Assembly: GCA_049320885.1 (NCBI GenBank)
Contig: JBMORA010000038.1
Coordinates: forward strand, 34,233-98,232
Reading direction: 5' to 3'
Origin: Thermodesulfobacteriota bacterium
GTDB taxonomy: Bacteria; Desulfobacterota; Desulfobacteria; Desulfobacterales; SURF-7
Length of the DNA: 64,000 nucleotides
Each line of letters starts with the position of its first letter. The first letter of the stretch is position 1. A program made the position numbers and the translations under genes. Below the pieces are notes generated by a model. That model saw only the letters and a list, made by a program, of their open reading frames with translations. It was not told where the DNA came from and ran no database searches. Shown here piece by piece: positions 35,924 to 44,799 of the stretch.

Positions 35924-37063
35924 ATGAAGATACTGGTGACCGGCGGAGCCGGATTTATCGGTTCGCACACCGCCGACGCCCTGATCCGCAAGGGGCATCA
36001 GGTCCGGATACTGGATGCGCTGCACAAAACCGTGCACCCGAAGGGGAAGCCGGCCTACCTGCATCCCGAGGCGGAGTTCATCCTGGGCGATGTCTGCGAC
36101 AAGGACTGCCTGCAAAAAGCCCTGACCGGAATGGATGCGGTGTTCCATTTTGCCGCCTATCAGGATTACCTGCCGGATTTTTCCACGTATTTTCATGTCA
36201 ACAGCGTTTCCACGGCGCTGCTGTATGAAATCATCGTGGAGGCGGGCTGGGCGGACCGGATCCGGAAGGTCATTGTCGCCGCCAGTCAGGCTGTCATGGG
36301 GGAAGGCCGTTATTCCTGCCCGGCCTGTAACCCCGGCGGCGATGGCCGGGTTTACCCGGCCATCCGTCTGGAGGAGCAGCTTTCCAGGGGGGAATGGGAG
36401 CACGCCTGCCCCGGATGCGGCGGAAAACTCCAGTGGCTGCCGTCGGATGAATCCGTGGTCATGCCGTGCAATCAATACGCGATTTCCAAATACAGCCAGG
36501 AGCAGATCTCCATTCAGCTGGGAAGGCGTTACCGGATTCCTTCCGTGGCCATGCGGTATTCAATTGTCCAGGGGCCGCGCCAGTCTTTCTATAACGCCTA
36601 TTCGGGGGCCATGCGGATTTTCGCCCTCAGCCTGTATTTCGGTCATCCGCCGACCATCTTTGAAGACGGGCGGCAGATCCGCGATTTTGTCAATATCATG
36701 GATGTGGTGGATGCCAATCTGCTGGTGCTGGAAAATCCGGCGGCGGATTACGGCGTTTTCAATGTGGGCGGGGGTACTGCCTGGACCGTGTCCGAATTTT
36801 ACGAGACCATGCAGGCCCTGGTCGGACGGCGGCTGCCCCCGATTCTTTCCGGCTTTTACCGGTATGGCGATACGCGCCATATCTTTTCCGACACCGCCCG
36901 TTTGCAGTCCCTGGGATGGAGTCCGCAGCGCGGTATTGAAGACAGCATCCGCGATTACTGGGAGTATTTGTCGCGGCAGAGCGATATCGACGATATCCTC
37001 GAGTATGCCAAAACCCGCATGAAACATCTCAACGTGATCCGGAAGGCGGAGCTCTCCAGATGA
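35924..37063 (+). CDS. NAD-dependent epimerase/dehydratase
   Basis: VTGGAGFIG, YAISK, RDFV; CPAC...CPGC insertion. Confidence 0.88.
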   Translation: MKILVTGGAGFIGSHTADALIRKGHQVRILDALHKTVHPKGKPAYLHPEAEFILGDVCDKDCLQKALTGMDAVFHFAAYQDYLPDFSTYFHVNSVSTALLYEIIVEAGWADRIRKVIVAASQAVMGEGRYSCPACNPGGDGRVYPAIRLEEQLSRGEWEHACPGCGGKLQWLPSDESVVMPCNQYAISKYSQEQISIQLGRRYRIPSVAMRYSIVQGPRQSFYNAYSGAMRIFALSLYFGHPPTIFEDGRQIRDFVNIMDVVDANLLVLENPAADYGVFNVGGGTAWTVSEFYETMQALVGRRLPPILSGFYRYGDTRHIFSDTARLQSLGWSPQRGIEDSIRDYWEYLSRQSDIDDILEYAKTRMKHLNVIRKAELSR

Positions 37064-38427
37064 AAGCCTTTTTGCTGGCCGCCGGTAAGGGCACCCGCCT
37101 CGATCCGCTGACCCGGACGCTGCCCAAATGTCTGGTGCCGATCAGCGGCGTGCCGCTTCTGGAAATCTGGCTCAGGCTGCTGGAAAAGGCCGGTGTCAGG
37201 GACGTGTTGATCAACCTCCACCATCTGGCGGACCGGGTGGAACGATTTCTGGCGGATCGCCGCAGCGGCTCCGGGATGAGGATCGTCGCCGTGCGGGAAA
37301 AAACATTACTTGGGAGCGGGGGAACGGTTTGGGTCAATCGGGAATTCGTCGCCGCGGAAGAGGATTTCCTGATCGCCTATGCCGATAATTTGACCAATGT
37401 GGATTTAGGGGATATGATGGCGTTCCACCGGAAGTGCCGGAAAACGGGCACCGTTCTGACCATGGGCCTGTTTCATGCGCCCGATCCCCGGTCCTGCGGC
37501 ATCGCTGAACTGGATGCGGGCGGCAGGATCGTCCGTTTTGTGGAAAAACCGGAACATCCGGTTTCAGATCTGGCCAACGCCGGTATCTATATTGCCGCCG
37601 CGGAATTGTATGATTACTTTCCCAGAAGTCCTTCCGGCGCCGAGGGAACCGGGGTGTTGGATCTCGGCCATGATGTGTTGCCGAGGCTGGCGGGCAGGAT
37701 GTGCGGCTATGAAATCCGCGGGTATATAAGGGATATCGGCACCATCGAGTCGTATCGCGCGGCCCAGAAGGAATGGCCGAAGGAAAGGCAGGAGGGACTA
37801 TCCATGGATATGCAAGTGTTCACCCACCGCTATATCACCCGGTTGAAATCCATTCTGGATGCATTCGACCATGACGGTTTCGAGAAAATCGTTGCCCTGA
37901 TCCTGGAGGCCTATGAGCACGGCCGGCATATTTTCGTGATGGGCAACGGCGGCAGCGGCGCAACGGCCTCCCACCTGGCCTGCGACATCAACAAGGGCTG
38001 CTGTTTCGACCTGGAAAAGAAATTCAAGATGATCTGCCTGAACGACAATATGCCCACCATCCTGGCCCTGGCCAATGACGTTTCCTATGAGGCGGTTTTC
38101 GTGGAGCAATTGAAGAATTTCTTTTTACCCGGAGATCTGGTGATCGGCATTTCCGGCAGCGGCAACTCGGAAAACGTGTTGCGCGCCATCCGGTACGCCA
38201 GGGAAAACGAAGGCCGTACCATCGGGCTTTCGGGCTTTTCAGGCGGCAAGCTCGCCCGGCTCGCCGAAGTGCCGTTTATCGCGGCCGTGGACGACATGCA
38301 GCAGGTGGAGGATATCCATATGGTGGTGGTCCACATGATCATGCAGGGGGTTTATGGAGCCCTGCACGGCGGCGGAGCCGGCACTAGCCCACCATCAACA
38401 CCCGTTTGCGCTGGTCGAGGCGGGTGA
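37060..38427 (+). CDS. Nucleotidyltransferase (HddC-like) fused to SIS-domain phosphoheptose isomerase (GmhA-like)
   Basis: LAAGKGTRL.PLT...PK, FVEKP; GNGGSGATASH, ALAND, ISGSGNSENV, EDIH. Confidence 0.85.
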   Translation: MKAFLLAAGKGTRLDPLTRTLPKCLVPISGVPLLEIWLRLLEKAGVRDVLINLHHLADRVERFLADRRSGSGMRIVAVREKTLLGSGGTVWVNREFVAAEEDFLIAYADNLTNVDLGDMMAFHRKCRKTGTVLTMGLFHAPDPRSCGIAELDAGGRIVRFVEKPEHPVSDLANAGIYIAAAELYDYFPRSPSGAEGTGVLDLGHDVLPRLAGRMCGYEIRGYIRDIGTIESYRAAQKEWPKERQEGLSMDMQVFTHRYITRLKSILDAFDHDGFEKIVALILEAYEHGRHIFVMGNGGSGATASHLACDINKGCCFDLEKKFKMICLNDNMPTILALANDVSYEAVFVEQLKNFFLPGDLVIGISGSGNSENVLRAIRYARENEGRTIGLSGFSGGKLARLAEVPFIAAVDDMQQVEDIHMVVVHMIMQGVYGALHGGGAGTSPPSTPVCAGRGG

Positions 38428-39319
38428 TCCCTTCCTCTTTTGCGGCAATCAGGGCGGCCTCGAACTCATCGGTCGTTATCGGTCGGTCCATGCCGTCGGT
38501 TTCCCCTGCCCGGCCGCAGGGACGGTATTGGGGCATGATATTGACGTAGGTATTCTCCGAAATCTCCCGGGCGATGAATCGCATGATGTCCCGGGTGCCG
38601 GCGAGGTTATCGGGCAGAACCAGGTGCCGCAGCAGAATACCGCGCCGGGCGATGCCCTTATCGTCCAGTCGCAGGTCGCCGACCTGCCGATGCATTTCCA
38701 CCAGCGCCTGCCGGGCTACAAGAGGGTAATCCCCGGCGCCGCAGGTTTTTTCAGCGATGCCGGCATCCCAGAATTTGAAATCCGGCATATAGATGTCGAT
38801 GATGCCTTCCAGAAGACCCAGAGTTTCCGTCTGATCGTAGGAACTGGTGTTGTACACCAGGGGAATGGTCAGGCCGTTTGTGATGGCCACCTTCAATGCC
38901 CCTAGGATTTGGGGCACCACATGGGAAGGTGTTACCAAATTGATATTGTGGCAGCCCCGGCGCTGAAGCGCGACCATCATCATTCCCAGCTGTTCGTCCG
39001 AGACGGTTTCCCCTTCACCGTCGTGACTGATTTCGTAATTCTGGCAGAAATTGCATAACAGGTTGCAGTGGGAAAAAAAGATGGTTCCGGAACCGTTGGA
39101 GCCCACCAGGGGACGTTCTTCCCCGAAGTGAGGATGAAAACCGTAAACAACGGCTTCCGCGCCGACCCCGCAGACCCCTGTTTGGCCCCTGGTCCGGTTC
39201 ACGCCGCATTGCCGCGGGCACAAGCTGCACTGCTCCAGCAGTCTGTGGGCAGTGCCGATTTTGGTGTTCAGTATTCCGGCCGCATGGGTTGCCATGTAAA
39301 TAGCAGGTGGAGAAGGCAT
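38384..39319 (-). CDS. Radical SAM protein, PflX-like
   Basis: CSLCPRQCGVNR, HFGEE, CNLLCNFCQN, NINLVTPSH, YMPDFK, RHLVLP. Confidence 0.9.
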   Translation of the reverse strand: MPSPPAIYMATHAAGILNTKIGTAHRLLEQCSLCPRQCGVNRTRGQTGVCGVGAEAVVYGFHPHFGEERPLVGSNGSGTIFFSHCNLLCNFCQNYEISHDGEGETVSDEQLGMMMVALQRRGCHNINLVTPSHVVPQILGALKVAITNGLTIPLVYNTSSYDQTETLGLLEGIIDIYMPDFKFWDAGIAEKTCGAGDYPLVARQALVEMHRQVGDLRLDDKGIARRGILLRHLVLPDNLAGTRDIMRFIAREISENTYVNIMPQYRPCGRAGETDGMDRPITTDEFEAALIAAKEEGITRLDQRKRVLMVG

Positions 39320-39724
39320 TGGCAGACTCCCGTTTTTTTGGGTCTCGGTGGTTGCCCGAATCGGAACGAAATTGAGCCGCGTAACGGAAACGTGAGCCGG
39401 TTGGTTCCGTTGTCTTGCCGGTGGCGGCGAAAGACCCGTTTCGGCGGAGATGGCGTCCGTCGGGTGCGTGAAAAAAATGTCATCTGGTAACGAATTTTGC
39501 GCACGAAGCAGACCGATTGTTGGGTCCTCCGGCCTGTTCCGCGGCTTTGAAATCCTTGTCAACCAACTGATATATAGCTGTAAAACAGTATATCTCGATC
39601 CGTTTTCGGACACCAGGTATATTTTTTGCTTGTCTGAGATCATCCGGTTTTTTTGTATGGATGGATTTGGAAACGGCTCCCCGAACCAGCCACCATCCGA
39701 CGGTTTCCCCTTGGCAGTGATCCG

Positions 39725-40504
39725 ATGCTCGGGAAGGTCCGCATGGCCAGAGAATCATCACAATCCGCACACCATCCGTTCTTTTTTTCGTTCCCTTCCC
39801 TGGAGCAAACGGATTTTGTATTCCGCGAATTGATGGACGGCGATGATTTCCTCATCCTGGTCATCGGCGAGCAAGGCAGCGGTAAGACGTCGCTGCTGAA
39901 ACGCTATGTCGCCGCTTCGCCGGAGCTCTGGCGCCCTTGCCGCATCCATATCCGCTCGATGGAGAACAAGTCCCGGCCGGAAGGATGGCGGCATCATCCC
40001 GTCATCGCCCAGGGGGACGCCTATATCACCAAAGGCGGGCGGGCCCGGATGGTGATGATCGACGACGCCCACCGATTGGTTCCGGAGGCGGTCCAAAGCC
40101 TCTTGCTTGCCGACGGGTCGCCGGCAGGGAAGCGGCGATTGGAAAAAATCATTCTGTTCTGCGAACCGCAATTGCTTGACACGCTGTCCCGGATAAAACC
40201 CTCACTGCCGGATCGATCCGGCATCAACAAGCTCTATATGCCCATGCTGACGGAAAACCAGACGGCCGATTTCCTGGCGGAGTGGGCGCTGACCGGCTTG
40301 GAGCTCCAGTCCTGCAAGGCGCCGGTGCGGAACCGGCAGATCAAAACCATCTACCGACTGTCCACCGGACTTCCGGGAAAAATTCTGGAGGAGGCCCGGC
40401 GGATGTTGGTGAAAAACCAATGCTGGGAAGCGCGGACTGTGTTTGCCCGGCTGGTCGAGAGTTGGCGCCGGCGTCGAAAATCCGCCGAAATCCTGACCCT
40501 ATAG
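39725..40504 (+). CDS. ExeA/DamX-like AAA ATPase
   Basis: Walker A GEQGSGKT, Walker B VMIDDAH, STGLPGKI; start uncertain. Confidence 0.7.
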   Translation: MLGKVRMARESSQSAHHPFFFSFPSLEQTDFVFRELMDGDDFLILVIGEQGSGKTSLLKRYVAASPELWRPCRIHIRSMENKSRPEGWRHHPVIAQGDAYITKGGRARMVMIDDAHRLVPEAVQSLLLADGSPAGKRRLEKIILFCEPQLLDTLSRIKPSLPDRSGINKLYMPMLTENQTADFLAEWALTGLELQSCKAPVRNRQIKTIYRLSTGLPGKILEEARRMLVKNQCWEARTVFARLVESWRRRRKSAEILTL

Positions 40505-40541
40505 ATAATCCCTGGGGACAACCTCTCCCCGGCCGGGAAGT

Positions 40542-40864
40542 TTACCGGTTCGGCAGCCGTAACAACGGAACGACCTCCGTCAAGGAGAAGACGGTGAAAT
40601 CGCTTCCCGTGTCGATGGTCTGATCGGGCCCGGGATGCTGCAAAAAAATCGTTACGGCTCCCGCCGCTTTTCCGGCCTGAATGTCGAAAATGTAATCGCC
40701 AACCACCGCGATCCTGCCCGGTGTTATTTTCCATTTTTCAGCGGCCGCCAGGACCCCCTGGGGGCTGGGCTTGCAGGGATCGTTCCGGGAAATGATCACG
40801 TCAAAATCCGACAGCCCCAGTCCTTATCAAAGAGCACCGCCTCGGGGGGTAATCGCATTGCCAT
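40542..40864 (-). pseudogene. Internally deleted HAD hydrolase
   Basis: MAMRLPPEAVLFDKD joined out of frame to LGLSDFDVIISRND..KPSP..VVGDYIFDIQAGKAAG. Confidence 0.65.
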
Positions 40865-40968
40865 GTTTTCCTGCTTTTGTTGCCGGTCCAAATGACCATC
40901 AGCTTAACCTGTTCTGTTTATTTGTCAATTGAAATGCAGCCCGATTCCGGCGGAGCCGTATTTTGGGT

Positions 40969-40997
40969 TTGACAAAACCGGATGGGTTGAGTATGGT
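40969..40997 (+). promoter_or_regulatory. sigma70 promoter upstream of thx
   Basis: TTGACA-N17-TATGGT. Confidence 0.6.
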
Positions 40998-41085
40998 CTT
41001 ACTCGTTTTCGTAAGGAATTATCGGCAATGAAATCAGAAGTGTATCTGTTCAGTACGGATGTGGGAAGCATCAAGGAGGTAGGGT

Positions 41086-41184
41086 ATGGGAAAAGGAGAC
41101 CGGCGCACCCGGCGTGGTAAGATCTGGCGGGGCACAACAGGTGTCAGCCGCCCGAAAAAAAAGAGAGCCAAAGAGAAAAAGTAG
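41086..41184 (+). CDS. thx: 30S ribosomal protein bTHX (Thx), 32 aa
   Basis: [43 protein letters not shown] matches the Thx signature; below the ORF-track size cutoff. Confidence 0.92.
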   Translation: MGKGDRRTRRGKIWRGTTGVSRPKKKRAKEKK

Positions 41185-41582
41185 TACGGGGAACGAGTCT
41201 TTCGTTTCGATTCAGCCGGGACCGGGAGCTCGTTCCGCCGCCAGGCAGCGCTCCTTCCTTGTATCCTACCGGGCGATTCCATTGCGAACTGCCGTCTGTG
41301 CGTGCAGTGGAGCCTTTTCCGATCTGCCGTGGAGGGTTATATCGGCCATTGATGTCTTTCGGGTATTGACCTGATTGAATGCCTAAATCCCGCCGGTGCT
41401 TCTCCTTGCTTGCCCAGTAACCTGGTGAGGGTTGCCTGGGAGACCGGCAAGGACGTTGACCCTTGACAACAGAAAAAATCGGATTAATTTGTCTGGTTGA
41501 TTATTTGTTGCAGATTACGCAGTCACCGATTCCGAAACAGCCGCCGGTATCCAACGAAATTCGCAGGGAGAGGAACCACCGC

Positions 41583-43046
41583 ATGAATTATGTAAGGCCC
41601 CAACCGTTTTTTCATCGGGCGTTTTTTCCAGAGGCTCGCCGCGCTCTTGTTTTCCTTTTGGCGGCTTTCCTGCTCCAGTTGCTGTCCCATCCGGTCGGGG
41701 CGACTTCGGGGAACCCGGCCGGCTTCGCGGAGTTGGCCGATAACGCCGGCAAGGCCGTTGTCAACATCAGCACGGTCAAGACCGTCAAGGGCGGCGGAAT
41801 GATCCTCCATCCGTTTAACCAGCAGCCGTTTCAGGAACCGGAGGGAGGGGACGAGTTCGATGAGTTTTTCGAGCGTTTTTTCGGGGCCGATCCCCGCCGG
41901 GATTATAAACAGCAAAGCCTGGGATCGGGCTTCCTCATCGACAAGGAAGGGGATATCGTTACGAACAATCATGTGGTCGAAAATGCGGACGAGATTGTCG
42001 TGAAGCTGAGCGATGAAACGGAACTCAAAGCGGAAATCGTCGGACGGGATCCCAATACGGATCTGGCCTTGATCCGGGTGAAGACCAAAGAGGACCTGCC
42101 GTTTATCCAGCTCGGTGATTCCGATTCCCTTCAGGTCGGCGAATGGGTGGTGGCCATCGGCAATCCATTCGGTCTGGATCATACGGTTACGGCCGGCATT
42201 GTCAGCGCCAAAGGACGGGTCATCGGTTCCGGTCCCTACGATGATTTCATTCAAACCGATGCGTCCATCAATCCGGGAAACAGCGGCGGCCCCCTGATCA
42301 ATATGAGGGGCGAAGTCATCGGCATCAACGCGGCCATCATCGCCAGTGGTCAGGGAATCGGTTTCGCGATTCCCGTCAATATCGCCAAAAATGTCATCCG
42401 CCAGTTGAAGGAGAGGGGGCAGGTCACCCGCGGGTGGATCGGTGTCGCCATCCAGTCCCTGGATGATTCATTGGCCGAATATTACAGGATCGACAAGGGC
42501 GCCGGGGTTTTGATAACGGAAGTTTTCCCCGGTGATCCGGCGGAAAAAGCGGGAATCCGGGCAAACGACATTCTGATCAAAGTGGACGGCGCGCCCGTTG
42601 ACCAGAGCCGGACCGTCAGTAAAATGATCGCCGATATACCGGTGGGAAAGACGGTCCGCATCACCGTTCTGAGGGATGGAGCGGAACGGGATTTCATGGT
42701 GACCATTACCCAAAGAAATGACGACCGGCTCATGGCTTCACAAGACGAAGGAACGGGGAAAGCGGCGGCCTTCGGCATTCATGTCGCTGATTTTTCCGAC
42801 GAATTGTCCGTTAAATTCAATCTGGACAAGACCGAAGGCATCATCGTTACGGATGTGGATGGAAACAGCACCGGCGAGAGCGCCGGAGTGATTCCGGGGG
42901 ATGTGATCAAGGAGATCGACCATCAGCCGGTTCCATCGGTAACCGACTATGCCCGGACGGTTGCAAAGCTGAAAAAGGGCGAATCCATCTCCTTGATGAT
43001 CAAGCGGCGGCATGTCGGTTTCTTGGTGATCAAGCTGACCAAATGA
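41583..43046 (+). CDS. DegP/DegQ (Do family) serine protease
   Basis: GSGF, TNNHVV, DLAL, INPGNSGGPL, two PDZ domains. Confidence 0.93.
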   Translation: MNYVRPQPFFHRAFFPEARRALVFLLAAFLLQLLSHPVGATSGNPAGFAELADNAGKAVVNISTVKTVKGGGMILHPFNQQPFQEPEGGDEFDEFFERFFGADPRRDYKQQSLGSGFLIDKEGDIVTNNHVVENADEIVVKLSDETELKAEIVGRDPNTDLALIRVKTKEDLPFIQLGDSDSLQVGEWVVAIGNPFGLDHTVTAGIVSAKGRVIGSGPYDDFIQTDASINPGNSGGPLINMRGEVIGINAAIIASGQGIGFAIPVNIAKNVIRQLKERGQVTRGWIGVAIQSLDDSLAEYYRIDKGAGVLITEVFPGDPAEKAGIRANDILIKVDGAPVDQSRTVSKMIADIPVGKTVRITVLRDGAERDFMVTITQRNDDRLMASQDEGTGKAAAFGIHVADFSDELSVKFNLDKTEGIIVTDVDGNSTGESAGVIPGDVIKEIDHQPVPSVTDYARTVAKLKKGESISLMIKRRHVGFLVIKLTK

Positions 43047-43139
43047 TTCCCGGACCGAACGGATTCACCGGGAAAACCCCGGAAATGGCGAGGAGGAACT
43101 GCCCATGAATGACCATTTAGACCTCGGGAGGAGATACAG

Positions 43140-44078
43140 ATGATCCGTGTTGAAAATGTCACCAAGTATTACGGCGATTTCTGCGCCGTGGATCGGATCA
43201 ACCTTGAAATTCAAAAAGGCGAAATATTGGGTTTGCTGGGTCCCAACGGCGCTGGAAAAACAACCACCTTGCGAATGCTGACCGGATATTTTCTGCCCAC
43301 CTCGGGCGAGGTGCGCGTGAAAAATCATTCCATCCGGGAGAACATGCTGGAGATCAAGAAAATGATCGGCTATCTTCCGGAATCCGCGCCGCTGTATCAC
43401 GGGATGCTGGTGTATGACTTCCTGGATTATGTGGCCCGGATTCGCGGTATCGAAAACGGCGGCAAGGTGCCGCGGATCCGTGAGCTGGTGGAATTGTGCG
43501 GCCTCGGCAATATCATGCACCGGACCATCGGCGAACTGTCCAAGGGGCTGAAACAGAGAGTGGGCCTGGCTCACGCCATGATCGGAGACCCGGAGATCCT
43601 GGTGCTTGACGAGCCCACATCGGGCCTGGATCCGAACCAGATCGTGGAGATTCGGGAAATCATCCGCCGCATCGGAAAGGAAAAAACCGTTATTCTGTCA
43701 ACCCACATCCTCAGCGAGGCGGAAGCCACCTGTGACCGGATCGTGATCATCAACCGGGGGAAAATCGTCGCCGACGGCAGCACGGAAACGCTGAAGCAGT
43801 CGGCCCATCAGCAGATCATCATCAAACTCAGCCTGCTGAACGCCGATCCCGGGGACATCCGGGGCAGACTCTCTGGGATTGCCGGGATTACGGGCGTCGA
43901 AACGAACGAAGGGCAAGGCGAAAAAGCCGTTGAGGTTACCATATCCTGCGGCGCTGCCGGGGATTTGCGAAAGGTAATCTATCAAGCCATCAAGGAGACC
44001 GACTGGATTTTGCTGGAGTTCCGTCAGGAAGCCCACTCGCTGGAAATGATTTTCCGAGAATTGACCAAGGAGAAGTGA
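43140..44078 (+). CDS. ABC transporter ATP-binding protein (GldA-like)
   Basis: GPNGAGKT, LSKGLKQR, LDEPTSGLDP. Confidence 0.92.
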   Translation: MIRVENVTKYYGDFCAVDRINLEIQKGEILGLLGPNGAGKTTTLRMLTGYFLPTSGEVRVKNHSIRENMLEIKKMIGYLPESAPLYHGMLVYDFLDYVARIRGIENGGKVPRIRELVELCGLGNIMHRTIGELSKGLKQRVGLAHAMIGDPEILVLDEPTSGLDPNQIVEIREIIRRIGKEKTVILSTHILSEAEATCDRIVIINRGKIVADGSTETLKQSAHQQIIIKLSLLNADPGDIRGRLSGIAGITGVETNEGQGEKAVEVTISCGAAGDLRKVIYQAIKETDWILLEFRQEAHSLEMIFRELTKEK

Positions 44079-44079
44079 C

Positions 44080-44784
44080 ATGCGGCAGGTAACCCATATT
44101 CTCAACAAGGAATTCAAGGATTATTTCGTATCTCCCATCGCCTATATCGTCATCTCCATCTTTCTGCTGGTGACGGGATGGTTCTTTTTTTCCACCTTTT
44201 TTCTGTACAACCAGGCGAATCTGAGAAATTTTTTCGATTTGCTGCCCCTGACCTTTGCCTTCGTGGTGCCGGCGATCACCATGCGTCTGTTCGCGGAAGA
44301 GGTGAATATCGGTTCGTATGAGTTGCTGCTGACCATGCCGGTGACTTTTCTGGATGTGATCATCGGCAAACTGCTGGCTGCCGTCGCCATGGTGGCCGCC
44401 ATGCTGTTGCCCACCCTTTCCTACGCCGTCACCATCGCGTTTCTGGGAGAGCTGGATTGGGGGCCGATCATCGGCGGATATCTGGGGGCGCTGATGCTGG
44501 GAGCGGCCTATTCGGCCATCGGGTTGTTCGCCTCCTCCCTGACCCGCAACCAGATCATCGCGTTTATTATCGGCATGACCATTTGTTTCTGCTTGACGCT
44601 GCTGGACAAAATGCTGTTCTTTTTTCCCCAGACCCTGCTGGGTGTGATCAGCTATCTGGGGGCGGACGCTCATTTTCAGAACATTTCAAAGGGAATCGTG
44701 GATTCACGGGATGTCCTGTATTTTCTGAGCGTCGTTTTCATCGGTCTTTATGGAGCCAACCTGGCCATGCAGGAAAAAGAGTAA
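44080..44784 (+). CDS. ABC-2 permease (GldF-like)
   Basis: KDYFVSPIAY, PAITMRLFAEE..GSYELLLT, SSLTRNQIIA. Confidence 0.9.
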   Translation: MRQVTHILNKEFKDYFVSPIAYIVISIFLLVTGWFFFSTFFLYNQANLRNFFDLLPLTFAFVVPAITMRLFAEEVNIGSYELLLTMPVTFLDVIIGKLLAAVAMVAAMLLPTLSYAVTIAFLGELDWGPIIGGYLGALMLGAAYSAIGLFASSLTRNQIIAFIIGMTICFCLTLLDKMLFFFPQTLLGVISYLGADAHFQNISKGIVDSRDVLYFLSVVFIGLYGANLAMQEKE

Positions 44785-44799
44785 GGAGACGAAGCGGCT

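Noticed and set aside
39560..39595. LexA SOS box
   Set aside because: CTGT/ACAG spacing does not fit CTGT-N8-ACAG.
40929..41120. 63-aa ORF in the track
   Set aside because: Overlaps thx in another frame; the strong SD and family signature belong to thx.
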